Source of the DNA: Alphaproteobacteria bacterium
GTDB taxonomy: Bacteria > Pseudomonadota > Alphaproteobacteria > RF32 > CAG-239
Length of the DNA stretch: 59,332 nucleotides
Assembly (NCBI GenBank): GCA_016283295.1
Contig: JAEEMQ010000010.1
Span: 1-59,332 of the forward strand
Direction: 5' to 3'
Made by a program: the position numbers and the translations under genes. This document shows, piece after piece, positions 47,532 to 56,879 of this stretch (position 1 is the first letter of the stretch; each line of letters begins with the position of its first letter). Below the pieces are notes generated by a model. The model saw only the letters and a list, made by a program, of their open reading frames with translations, had not been told where the DNA came from and did not search any database.

Positions 47532-48260
47532 ATGCAATTCAGCGGCGAAGGATATATCATAAAATTGCGAAAACACGGCGAACAATCAGCGATTGTGACG
47601 CTTGTTTGTCCGCATAAAGGCAAAATTGTCGGCTATGTCAAAGGGGCGCTCAATAAACGAGGTTTGGGCGTTTTTCAAATCGGTAATTATATTTCGTTCA
47701 ATGCTTATGCGCGGGTGGAAGAAAATATGCTGAGTTTGCGCGGGGTTGAACTGGTGCGTTCGCACACCGCCGATTTTGTGCTGAACGAAGATAAAATCGA
47801 GGCGCTGGTTTCGCTGTGTCGGTTGCTTGACGAATGTGTGGCACAAAACGACGACTTGGGCTCGTTTTATGGCGCGGTGGATGATTTTTTTGAGCATATC
47901 AACGACGATAACTGGCTGGCGTATTATTCGTTTTTTGAGTTTTATTTGCTGGATTTTCTGGGTATCGGTCTGGATATCAAAGAATGTGCGGTTACCGGCA
48001 AACATACGGATTTGCTTTATGTTTCGCCGAAGACCGGACGTGCGGTGTGTGCCGAAGTCGGAGCACCGTATAAGGATAAATTGTTTGCTTATCCGCAGTA
48101 TATAGCACAGAAAAACTATCGGCCGCAACACAAGGAAATTGCTGATGTTCTGGCGATGACCGGCAGCTTTTTGCAGAAAAATTTTCTGGCGCAGCATAAC
48201 TTGCAATTACCGGAAAATCGGGTTAATCTGCTGAAATTCGGGAAAATGTATAAGATTTAG
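47532..48260 (+). CDS. recO: DNA repair protein RecO
   Basis: RKHGE, LGIGLD..ECAVTG, YVSPKTGRAV; precedes parC. Confidence 0.9.
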   Translation: MQFSGEGYIIKLRKHGEQSAIVTLVCPHKGKIVGYVKGALNKRGLGVFQIGNYISFNAYARVEENMLSLRGVELVRSHTADFVLNEDKIEALVSLCRLLDECVAQNDDLGSFYGAVDDFFEHINDDNWLAYYSFFEFYLLDFLGIGLDIKECAVTGKHTDLLYVSPKTGRAVCAEVGAPYKDKLFAYPQYIAQKNYRPQHKEIADVLAMTGSFLQKNFLAQHNLQLPENRVNLLKFGKMYKI

Positions 48261-48269
48261 GGTGAGATA

Positions 48270-50489
48270 ATGGTTGATGAAGCGCAAAAAATAAAAGACG
48301 TGCAATTCGGAGAGGAATTGAGTAAACGCTATTTGTCGTACGCGATGTCGACCATTGTATCGCGCTCGTTGCCTGATGTGCGCGACGGCTTGAAACCGGT
48401 GCATCGGCGGTTGATGTATGCGATGCGGCAGTTGCATCTCGACCCGAAAAACAGCTTCAAAAAATGTGCTCGCGTGGTCGGCGATGTTATCGGTAAATAC
48501 CATCCGCACGGCGATAGCGCGGTTTATGGCGCGATGGTGCGTCTGGCGCAGGATTTTTCGGTGCGTTATCCGCTGGTTGACGGGCAGGGTAACTTCGGTA
48601 ATGTTGACGGCGACGGGGCCGCGGCCATGCGATATACAGAAGCGCGATTGACCGAATTTGCCATGGATTTGATGGACGGGCTGAATTCCGACGCGGTGGA
48701 CTTTACCGACACTTATGACGGCGAGGACAGCGAACCGGTGGTAATGCCGGCGATGGTGCCGAATTTGCTGTGTAACGGCTCGATGGGTATTGCCGTGGGT
48801 ATGGCGACCAATATTCCGCCGCATAATTTAAGCGAGCTTAGTGATGCGCTGTTGTTGATGATTGATAACCCGGAGTGCAGCGAAGAAGCGGTGGTACGCA
48901 AGGTGCAGGGACCGGATTTTCCGACCGGCGGCATGTTGGTTGATTCGTTTGAAACGATTTTGAATAACTATAAGCAAGGTAAGGGAAATTTCCGTATTCG
49001 CGCCAAGTGGACGACCGAGGATTTGGGACACGGGCAATATCAGATTGTGGTGACCGAGATTCCGTATCAGGTGGTTAAGTCAAAGCTGATTGAGAAAATC
49101 GCCGAGTTGCTGTTGAATAAAAAATTGCCGCTGTTGAACGATATCAGAGATGAATCGGCGCAGGATATCCGTATTGTGTTGGAGCCGAAAAATCGCACGG
49201 TGGATGCGGCGGTGTTGATGGAACAGCTGTATCGGCAGACCGATATGGAAGCCAAGTTCAATATGAATATGAACGTGCTCGATTTGGACGGGGTGCCGCG
49301 GGTGATGAGTCTAAAGCAGGTTTTGCATGATTATTTAGTTCACAGAAATAACGTTTTTTTACGTAAAATCAATTTCAGATTAAGTAAAATTAATGCAAGA
49401 CTTGAAATCCTTGAAGGCTATCTAATCGCTTATCTCAACCTGGATGAAGTAATCAGAATCATTCGCCAGGAAGACGAGCCGAAAGCGGTGTTGATGCAAA
49501 CGTTTAAGCTGACCGATAATCAGGCCGAGGCGATTTTGAATATGAAACTTCGCAATTTGCGCAAGCTCGACGAGGAAGAAATCAAGGCCGAGCATACCGA
49601 TTTGCTGGCGGAAAAGGCGGGGCTCGAAGTGTTGGTCGGCGATGAAGCCAAACGTTGGGCCGCAATTGCCGAGGAAATTAAGCGCATTAAGGAAAAATAC
49701 AGCAAGAAAACCGCACTGGGACGGCGTCGTACCGAAATTGCCGAACCGCCGGCGGAGATTGAATTTACGCCTGAAGTATGGATAGAAAAAGAGCCGATAA
49801 CCGTTATTTTGTCGCAGAAAGGCTGGATACGTTGTTTGAAGGGTTATGCCGATTTGAACGAGGGCTTTAAGTTCAAAGACGACGACGCTTTGGCCTTTGC
49901 CGTTCATGCGCAAACCACCGACAAAATCGTGTTGCTCGACAATAAAGGCAAGTTCTTCAACATCGCTGCCGGCGATATTCCGAGCGGCCGCGGTTTCGGC
50001 CAGCCGGTGCGCCTGATGATAGATTTGGCGCAAACCGACGATATTGCGGCGATGTTTGTGTATGAGCCGGATGCCAAATATCTGATTGCCTCGGATAAGG
50101 CTTACGGCTTTATTGTGGACGAGAATCACATTTTGGCGCAAACTCGCAACGGGCGCAAGATTATGAACGTGGCCGACGGCGAGGTGATTAAGTTCTGCGT
50201 CAAGGTTACCGGCGATTATGTGGCAACCGTGGGCGAAAACCGCAAACTTTTGGTGTTCAAGGCCGAGGAAATTCCGACGATGGCGCGCGGACACGGAGTT
50301 TTGCTGCAAAGATACAAAGACGGCAGTATTACCGACATTCAGTTCTTTAAGGGCGAGGAGGGTTTCAGCTATAATCGCGCCGGCGGAATCAGTACCGAAA
50401 AAGAGTTGATAACCTGGCTCGGACATCGCGCCCAAGTGGGTAAACTGGTGCCGTTCGGCTTCCCGAAAAACAATAAGTTTTTGAAGTAA
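48270..50489 (+). CDS. parC: DNA topoisomerase IV subunit A
   Basis: [45 protein letters not shown]; 739 aa; recO-parC context. Confidence 0.93.
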   Translation: MVDEAQKIKDVQFGEELSKRYLSYAMSTIVSRSLPDVRDGLKPVHRRLMYAMRQLHLDPKNSFKKCARVVGDVIGKYHPHGDSAVYGAMVRLAQDFSVRYPLVDGQGNFGNVDGDGAAAMRYTEARLTEFAMDLMDGLNSDAVDFTDTYDGEDSEPVVMPAMVPNLLCNGSMGIAVGMATNIPPHNLSELSDALLLMIDNPECSEEAVVRKVQGPDFPTGGMLVDSFETILNNYKQGKGNFRIRAKWTTEDLGHGQYQIVVTEIPYQVVKSKLIEKIAELLLNKKLPLLNDIRDESAQDIRIVLEPKNRTVDAAVLMEQLYRQTDMEAKFNMNMNVLDLDGVPRVMSLKQVLHDYLVHRNNVFLRKINFRLSKINARLEILEGYLIAYLNLDEVIRIIRQEDEPKAVLMQTFKLTDNQAEAILNMKLRNLRKLDEEEIKAEHTDLLAEKAGLEVLVGDEAKRWAAIAEEIKRIKEKYSKKTALGRRRTEIAEPPAEIEFTPEVWIEKEPITVILSQKGWIRCLKGYADLNEGFKFKDDDALAFAVHAQTTDKIVLLDNKGKFFNIAAGDIPSGRGFGQPVRLMIDLAQTDDIAAMFVYEPDAKYLIASDKAYGFIVDENHILAQTRNGRKIMNVADGEVIKFCVKVTGDYVATVGENRKLLVFKAEEIPTMARGHGVLLQRYKDGSITDIQFFKGEEGFSYNRAGGISTEKELITWLGHRAQVGKLVPFGFPKNNKFLK

Positions 50490-50501
50490 CAGGGGGTTGT
50501 T

Positions 50502-51452
50502 ATGCGACCTGAGGAAATCAATGCAGGTACAAAATACATAATTACCTTTAATGAAGAGGAAAAAATTAAGAAGGTTATCGCTAAAGCTTTTCATAACGAT
50601 ATAGATGAAAGACTTCTTAAATTTGAGGTAAAAGGGCATATTTATAAAGTCGGGTATGATAATATCGTAAAAATAAAACCTTTATGGGCACGCTGGCTCA
50701 AAATTTCAGGTATAATACTGTTAGCCGCGGCTGTTACTGCTTTACTGTTATTATTTTGGTACAGAACTCCGAGATTCCATAATTGCGGATATTTTCGCAG
50801 TGGTTTGATTATGGATGGTAGCTCCGGTTATGAAGAAGGTGATTGGGTGTGTAGAGGGATACATTGTTATTGTTACAAGCCATTGGAATATATGGATAAG
50901 CCCATAATTTATCTCTATCCGCAAGAAACGACGGAGGTACGGGTTGAGTTGGGGTATCCGGAAAACACGTTGCACACTTATCCGAAATATAAGGATTATT
51001 GGCAGGTGCGGGCCGAGCCGGACGGTAATTTGACCGACATGGCAACGGGGCGGCATTATTATGCCTTGTATTGGGAAGGCAAAAATACGGTTTCCGTGGC
51101 GCATCCGAGCGAAGGTTTTGTGGTTAAAGGCGAAGATACGATTGCTTTTTTGGAAGAAAAATTGGCGCAGTTGGGCTTGAATGAACGAGAGGCGGAGGAA
51201 TTTATTGTTTATTGGCTGCCGCAGCTGGAAGATTCGCCGTATAATTATATTCGTTTTCAGACGATGGCGGAGCAAAATAAAAATATGCCTTTGCTGATTA
51301 CGCCGAAACCGCAAACGGTAATTCGGGTAATGATGGAGTATGATAATCTTGAGGAGCCGTTGGAAATTGAGCCGCAAATTTTGCCGACAGAAGCACCGAC
51401 ACGCACCGGCTTTACCGTCGTGGAGTGGGGCGGTACGAAAATAAGTTTTTGA
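50502..51452 (+). CDS. Membrane-anchored hypothetical protein with conserved KPxIYLYP...VVEWGG domain
   Basis: TM segment; KPIIYLYP, YYALYWEG, EFIVYWLP, RTGFTVVEWGG. Confidence 0.75.
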   Translation: MRPEEINAGTKYIITFNEEEKIKKVIAKAFHNDIDERLLKFEVKGHIYKVGYDNIVKIKPLWARWLKISGIILLAAAVTALLLLFWYRTPRFHNCGYFRSGLIMDGSSGYEEGDWVCRGIHCYCYKPLEYMDKPIIYLYPQETTEVRVELGYPENTLHTYPKYKDYWQVRAEPDGNLTDMATGRHYYALYWEGKNTVSVAHPSEGFVVKGEDTIAFLEEKLAQLGLNEREAEEFIVYWLPQLEDSPYNYIRFQTMAEQNKNMPLLITPKPQTVIRVMMEYDNLEEPLEIEPQILPTEAPTRTGFTVVEWGGTKISF

Positions 51453-51463
51453 AAATCAGCAAG

Positions 51464-52486
51464 TTAAACGTTGTTTTTGGCGGCGAATTTGGCCAAACGC
51501 AATACGGTGTAGCCGGCGATTTGTTCGGCCGGCATATTAGTGGTTTTGCAATCGCGCTCACATTCATAAAGGGTGTTGATGGCGCTTAAAAGCTGCTCTT
51601 TATGCCATATCCGCAGTTGCTTATAAAAATCATTTTTGCGATAAAACATCAAATTGAAAAATTTTGTGGCCTCGTCGGCGGATTTGCCGTCAGCTATTTG
51701 CGCCGAAGCTTCCAGCAACCGCCCGAAGTGATATTCCAGCTGCCGTACCAGAGTTGCCGGCTCTTCGCCTTCTTTGAGCAGGCGATTGAACATGGCACAG
51801 GCCTTTAAGGCTTGACCGCCGGCGGTGTAATAACACAAATCCTCAATATTGGCGCCGGCCACATCGCTGACCGCATTTTTCACGTCTTCCACGGTTACGG
51901 TGGTGCGCTCGCCCATATACATAGCCAGTTTATCAATCTCGCTCTGGTTGAGACGACGGTCCGGCGAAAGCCGTGCTCGCAACACCTGCAACGTGGCGTT
52001 ATCGGCCATCAGCCCTTTGGCTTTCAGCATGGTTTCGACATCGGCGGCAATATCGGTTTCGCGGTCTTCGTAACAACCGACCAGCATTATGTCTTTGCGG
52101 TCTTTGGCCCAAGAGATTAAGGCCGAGCTTTTTTTATAAACCGTCGAGGTCAAAATCAGCAGATTTTCCGACGGTGTATCCGGCAACATATTTTTAATCA
52201 GCGGTGTCAGGTTGTTGTCGGCGTTTTGCACCACAACCGCCCGTCTGCCGCCCATCAGCGACTGCGAGTGGAATTCGGCATAAACTTCGCCGCCGTCTTT
52301 GGAAATATCTTCCATTTGCAGCAAACAATAGCGGAACGCATCGTCGGTTGAGCCGCACGCCGCTTCGGCACATTGTTTTTGCAACATGGAAATCTCGCCT
52401 TCGTTATTGCCGTACAGGACAATGCACTTGACGGCCGGGTCGGGATTTTTGCAAAAACTTTCAAGCTGTGCCGGTTTAAAATTCAT
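51464..52486 (-). CDS. holA: DNA polymerase III delta subunit
   Basis: IVLYGNNEG, SLMGGRRAV, EIDKLAMY, ERDCKTT; third gene of leuS-lptE-holA; ATG 52486 preferred. Confidence 0.88.
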   Translation of the reverse strand: MNFKPAQLESFCKNPDPAVKCIVLYGNNEGEISMLQKQCAEAACGSTDDAFRYCLLQMEDISKDGGEVYAEFHSQSLMGGRRAVVVQNADNNLTPLIKNMLPDTPSENLLILTSTVYKKSSALISWAKDRKDIMLVGCYEDRETDIAADVETMLKAKGLMADNATLQVLRARLSPDRRLNQSEIDKLAMYMGERTTVTVEDVKNAVSDVAGANIEDLCYYTAGGQALKACAMFNRLLKEGEEPATLVRQLEYHFGRLLEASAQIADGKSADEATKFFNLMFYRKNDFYKQLRIWHKEQLLSAINTLYECERDCKTTNMPAEQIAGYTVLRLAKFAAKNNV

Positions 52487-53042
52487 CGGGATTGCCCACC
52501 TTGGTGTTGACGGAGTGGAAGTAAGCACCGATTCTGAGGGCTATATCGTTGGCAATGATTTTGGCGCCGTCTTTTTCGATTTTTTTCTTATCCATGGTGG
52601 TGGAATAAGGATTATCAAGCAAGTCGTAACTCAAAATCGTGGAACTGTCGCCGCTTATGAGTTTGCCTTTTGTATTGCTCCAAAGTTCATAATTGACGGT
52701 GTATGTAACTTTTTCGCGGGTGGCGGTAATATCATCACGCAGAGCTTGTTGTACCGTCTGCGATACGGGCGCGTGAATCTTCAAAAAATATTCGGAATTT
52801 TTCGGCGCGCCGTATGGGTTAAACATATCTATCAATTCGTTTTTAATCAGCTGCCCCATACGACCGCCGGCCGCGTTGATTTTGATTTGCGCCATTTGCT
52901 TGACAATATCGGCATCATACTGATTGTTATAATACCATAAATCATCGCCGCCGGTTTTTTCAACGTATAACGGCTCAAAACCGCAGGCGGAAAGACCGCA
53001 AATCAAGAACGCTGCCGTAAATATTTTCTTTGTTGCCACCAC
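52476..53042 (-). CDS. lptE: LPS assembly lipoprotein LptE
   Basis: LSACGFEPLY lipobox; position between leuS and holA. Confidence 0.8.
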   Translation of the reverse strand: MVATKKIFTAAFLICGLSACGFEPLYVEKTGGDDLWYYNNQYDADIVKQMAQIKINAAGGRMGQLIKNELIDMFNPYGAPKNSEYFLKIHAPVSQTVQQALRDDITATREKVTYTVNYELWSNTKGKLISGDSSTILSYDLLDNPYSTTMDKKKIEKDGAKIIANDIALRIGAYFHSVNTKVGNPDEF

Positions 53043-53044
53043 TT

Positions 53045-55537
53045 TTACATTCCCACTACAATGTTAACGATTTTATTCGGTACCACGATTACCTTCTTGA
53101 TGGTTTTGCCCTCAAGTTGGCGTGCCACGTTTTCGAGCTTCAAGGCTTCGGCCTCGGCCACATCGTTGGCCGCGTCTTTGGCAATGGTAATGGTACCGCG
53201 CATTTTTCCGTTCATCTGTACGCCGATGGTAACCACGTTGTTTTCCGCCAGTTTGGCATCGCCTTCCGGCCAGCTTTCGGCAACAATCAGCGTGTTGTGG
53301 CCCAAACGAGCCCACATTTCTTCCGCCAAATGCGGAGTAAACGGCGACAACAGCTTCAACAGAGTTTCATACATGGTCGCCGGAATTTTATCTTTGTTGC
53401 CGAGATAGTTGACATAGGTCATCAGAGCCGAAACCGCCGTGTTGAACTTCATCTGCTCGATACGCTCGGAAACATCCAAAATGCAGCGATGCATTTCGCG
53501 CAAATCTTCGGAGTTCATCGGGGCATCTTTGTCGGCATAAACTTTGGTAAACAGGGAGTATACGCGGCTGACAAAGCGATATACGCCGTTTAAGCTTTCT
53601 TCCGACCACATTGCCACCTGATCGAACGGACCGATGAACATTTCATACAAACGGAAAGTATCGGCGCCGTAGTTTTCGACAATCTCATCCGGATTAACCA
53701 CGTTGCCGCGTGATTTACTCATTTTCTCGCCGTCGGCCGCCAAAATCATACCGTGCGAAGTGCGTTTTTGATACGGCTCCGGCATCGGCACATAGCCGCA
53801 ATCATAGAGGAATTTGTGCCAGAAACGGGAATAGAGCAAGTGAAGTGTGGTATGCTCCATACCGCCGTTGTACCAATCTACGTTCATCCAATATTTGAGC
53901 GCTTCCGGAGAGGCAAATTCCTTATCGTTGTGCGGGTCGCAATAACGCAGGAAATACCACGACGAACCGGCCCAGTTCGGCATTACGTCGGTTTCGCGCC
54001 GGGCGTGTCCGCCGCATTTAGGGCAGGTGGTATTTACCCACTCGGTAGCGTTGGCCAGAGGAGAATCGCCGTTATCGTTCGGGCGATAATCCGGTACATC
54101 CGGCAACGTCAGCGGTAACTGATCTTCCGGAACCGGTTGCCAACCGCAATGTTCGCAATAAACCATCGGAATCGGCTCACCCCAATAACGTTGACGCGAG
54201 AACACCCAATCACGCAGCTTGAAATTGACTTTAGCGTGGCCGAAACCGTGTTCTTCGGCATATTTGATGGCGGCGGCCATGGCGTCTTTTTTATCCATGC
54301 CGTCCATAAAACCGGAGTTAATGTGCGTGCCGTCTTCTTCCCAGGCTTCTTTGGAAATGTCGCCGCCGGCCAATACCTGAATAATCGGCAGATTGAACAC
54401 TTTGGCAAAATCATAGTCGCGTTGGTCGTGCGCCGGAACCGCCATAATTGCGCCGGTGCCGTATCCGGTCAGAACATAATCGGATATAAATACCGGAATT
54501 AAAGTGCCGGTATATGGGTTGCGGGCTTTAATACCTTTTAATTCCACACCGGTCTTGGTGGTATCGGCGGTACGTTGCAGTTCGGATTTTTTTGCCGTTT
54601 CGTTAACGTAATTCTGCACTTCGGCGGCATTTTCAAACTTATCCATTAAGTCTTTTACAAACTGATGTTCCGGCGCCATAACGCAATAAGTTGCACCGAA
54701 AATCGTATCCGGACGGGTAGTGTAAACCACCATTTTTTTGCCTAAATTGTTGCCGCTGTCGTCGGTGAGCTCAAATTCCAACTCAGCACCCTCTGAGCGC
54801 CCAATCCAGTTAATTTGTGTGGTTTTGACACGGTCAATGAAATCAACCGTTTCGATATCGTTAATCAAACGGTCGGCATATTTGGTAATGGCGAGCATCC
54901 ATTGTTCCTTGTCGCGGCGTACCACTTCAGCCCCGCAGCGCTCGCAATGACCGTTGACGACTTCTTCGTTGGCAAGTCCGACTTTGCAGGACGGACACCA
55001 GTTAATCGCCATTTTATCCTTATAGGCTAATCCGTGTTTCCAGAATTGAATAAACATCCATTGCGTCCATTTATAATATTCCGGATCGCAAGTGTTGAAA
55101 CATCTGTCCCAATCAAACGAAAAACCGAGCGATTTGAGCTGACGGGTAAAGGTTTCGATATTTTGTTTGGTGGAAACGGCCGGATGTACACCGGTTTTGA
55201 TGGCATAGTTTTCTGCCGGCAGACCGAAGGCATCGAAGCCCATCGGATACAAAACATTGAGGCCCTGCATACGTTTTTTGCGAGCAATTACATCGAGCGC
55301 GGTATACGAACGCGGATGGCCTACGTGCAAGCCGGCACCCGACGGATACGGGAACTCAACCAAAGCATAGAATTTTTCTTTGTTATGGTCGATATCTACC
55401 TTATAAGCCTTTTCGTCTTCCCAAATTTTTTGCCATTTTTTCTCGATGGTACGAAAGTTGTAGCGCTCCTCGTTTTGCCAAGTTTCGCGCCATTCTTCCC
55501 AAGTTTCTTTTCCGTTATATCGTGCATTTCCCGACAT
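53045..55537 (-). CDS. leuS: Leucine--tRNA ligase
   Basis: FPYPSGAGLHVGH, NWIGRSEG, TTRPDT, GTGAIMAVPAHDQRD, KMSKS. Confidence 0.97.
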   Translation of the reverse strand: MSGNARYNGKETWEEWRETWQNEERYNFRTIEKKWQKIWEDEKAYKVDIDHNKEKFYALVEFPYPSGAGLHVGHPRSYTALDVIARKKRMQGLNVLYPMGFDAFGLPAENYAIKTGVHPAVSTKQNIETFTRQLKSLGFSFDWDRCFNTCDPEYYKWTQWMFIQFWKHGLAYKDKMAINWCPSCKVGLANEEVVNGHCERCGAEVVRRDKEQWMLAITKYADRLINDIETVDFIDRVKTTQINWIGRSEGAELEFELTDDSGNNLGKKMVVYTTRPDTIFGATYCVMAPEHQFVKDLMDKFENAAEVQNYVNETAKKSELQRTADTTKTGVELKGIKARNPYTGTLIPVFISDYVLTGYGTGAIMAVPAHDQRDYDFAKVFNLPIIQVLAGGDISKEAWEEDGTHINSGFMDGMDKKDAMAAAIKYAEEHGFGHAKVNFKLRDWVFSRQRYWGEPIPMVYCEHCGWQPVPEDQLPLTLPDVPDYRPNDNGDSPLANATEWVNTTCPKCGGHARRETDVMPNWAGSSWYFLRYCDPHNDKEFASPEALKYWMNVDWYNGGMEHTTLHLLYSRFWHKFLYDCGYVPMPEPYQKRTSHGMILAADGEKMSKSRGNVVNPDEIVENYGADTFRLYEMFIGPFDQVAMWSEESLNGVYRFVSRVYSLFTKVYADKDAPMNSEDLREMHRCILDVSERIEQMKFNTAVSALMTYVNYLGNKDKIPATMYETLLKLLSPFTPHLAEEMWARLGHNTLIVAESWPEGDAKLAENNVVTIGVQMNGKMRGTITIAKDAANDVAEAEALKLENVARQLEGKTIKKVIVVPNKIVNIVVGM

Positions 55538-55702
55538 TGATTTTTCCTTTGATTAATATACATTACAAAACATTACGGCGAAAATAGCACAATATTTGAT
55601 AAATTTCAATGCTTAACCGCATTATACACAAAACAAAAAAACGAGTTTTTTTAACGAAAAAATAACGCTTGTGCAATAAGATAACCCCTAAAGGGGACAA
55701 CA

Positions 55703-56857
55703 ATGAACGATAAGGCTTTTTTACGATACGCTCTGGAACAGTCTTTTCTCCGTCCGCAAAATAACGCGGCGGAATGTGTTGATTTGCAATATAATATCAA
55801 AAATTCAAACGGTTATACGCTGGTCGATAAAAGGCATGCGGAAATTGTGCCGTACCTGTTGCCGGGGGCTACGGTTAAAAAATGCGTTAAATCGGTGACC
55901 CACGATATCGGCCGCAACACGCGCTTGTTTGAAGAATACGAACGCTATAAGCACGATTTGGCGGAAAATATAATTATTCCCGAAAATGTGCCGGAAATAG
56001 GGCGCGCCCGCAAGGTGCTCGATTTGGTTACGGTCAATCGGCAATCGGCGCAAAAAAAGAAAATCGCCGCAACGCTGATTCCGGCGACATTTGCCCTGAA
56101 AATGAAGGATATTCATCGGGTTTACGGCGAAATCTGGCTGCAGTCGGAAGCGGAATTGCAAAAAAATCCCGAGGCCGTCGATTTGTCGCTGATTAAGGAT
56201 TTTGCGCAGACGTACGATACGGCCATGCGGCGTTTCGGTCTGGCTCACCCGCTGTATCGGCTGAATAAAAAGCGTATGAAATACTATTTGAATGAGGCGG
56301 CGCAAATTTTGAAATCGCATCATCCTTTGGCTGATGATTTTTGCGTAACTCATTGTTTTTATGAAATGAAATTGTTCGGTAATAAGGTTTCCAAAACCTG
56401 TGCCGATATGTTGTGCAATATGGTGGCGCAGTTGCAGCGGATGGCGCATCAGCCGCAGTTGCTGACCTTAGCGCAGATTTTGTTGGCCGATAACCGCAAA
56501 TTTGCCAAGGCTATGCAGGATTACGCCGCCGAGCACAAAGTTGCTGATTCGGCGCGGGTCGATACCATTCGGCATGATGTGCAGAAGTTGTTTAAAAAAT
56601 ACGCGTTGTTGTGCTATTTGGACAGTGCGCGTTTTGCCTTTGAAAACAAGTTTTTGAACGAATGCCCGGAGCCGCGGCATCCGCCGTTGCCGACGGTATC
56701 GCCGACCGACGAGCTGCGGATGGTTTCGCAAATCGTGGAAGAAAGCCATAAAATCACTATTACAGACGGTAAAATCTGCAAAATCTATAATGACGCGTTG
56801 GCGGCTTATGAACACGACCTGACGGCTTTGCAAAAAGTTCTGGATGGCAAAGCTTGA
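55703..56857 (+). CDS. Hypothetical protein (384 aa)
   Basis: Long ORF with AAGGGG SD; no recognised motif. Confidence 0.75.
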   Translation: MNDKAFLRYALEQSFLRPQNNAAECVDLQYNIKNSNGYTLVDKRHAEIVPYLLPGATVKKCVKSVTHDIGRNTRLFEEYERYKHDLAENIIIPENVPEIGRARKVLDLVTVNRQSAQKKKIAATLIPATFALKMKDIHRVYGEIWLQSEAELQKNPEAVDLSLIKDFAQTYDTAMRRFGLAHPLYRLNKKRMKYYLNEAAQILKSHHPLADDFCVTHCFYEMKLFGNKVSKTCADMLCNMVAQLQRMAHQPQLLTLAQILLADNRKFAKAMQDYAAEHKVADSARVDTIRHDVQKLFKKYALLCYLDSARFAFENKFLNECPEPRHPPLPTVSPTDELRMVSQIVEESHKITITDGKICKIYNDALAAYEHDLTALQKVLDGKA

Positions 56858-56879
56858 TTTTTCTCAGCAAAGCGGGGGA

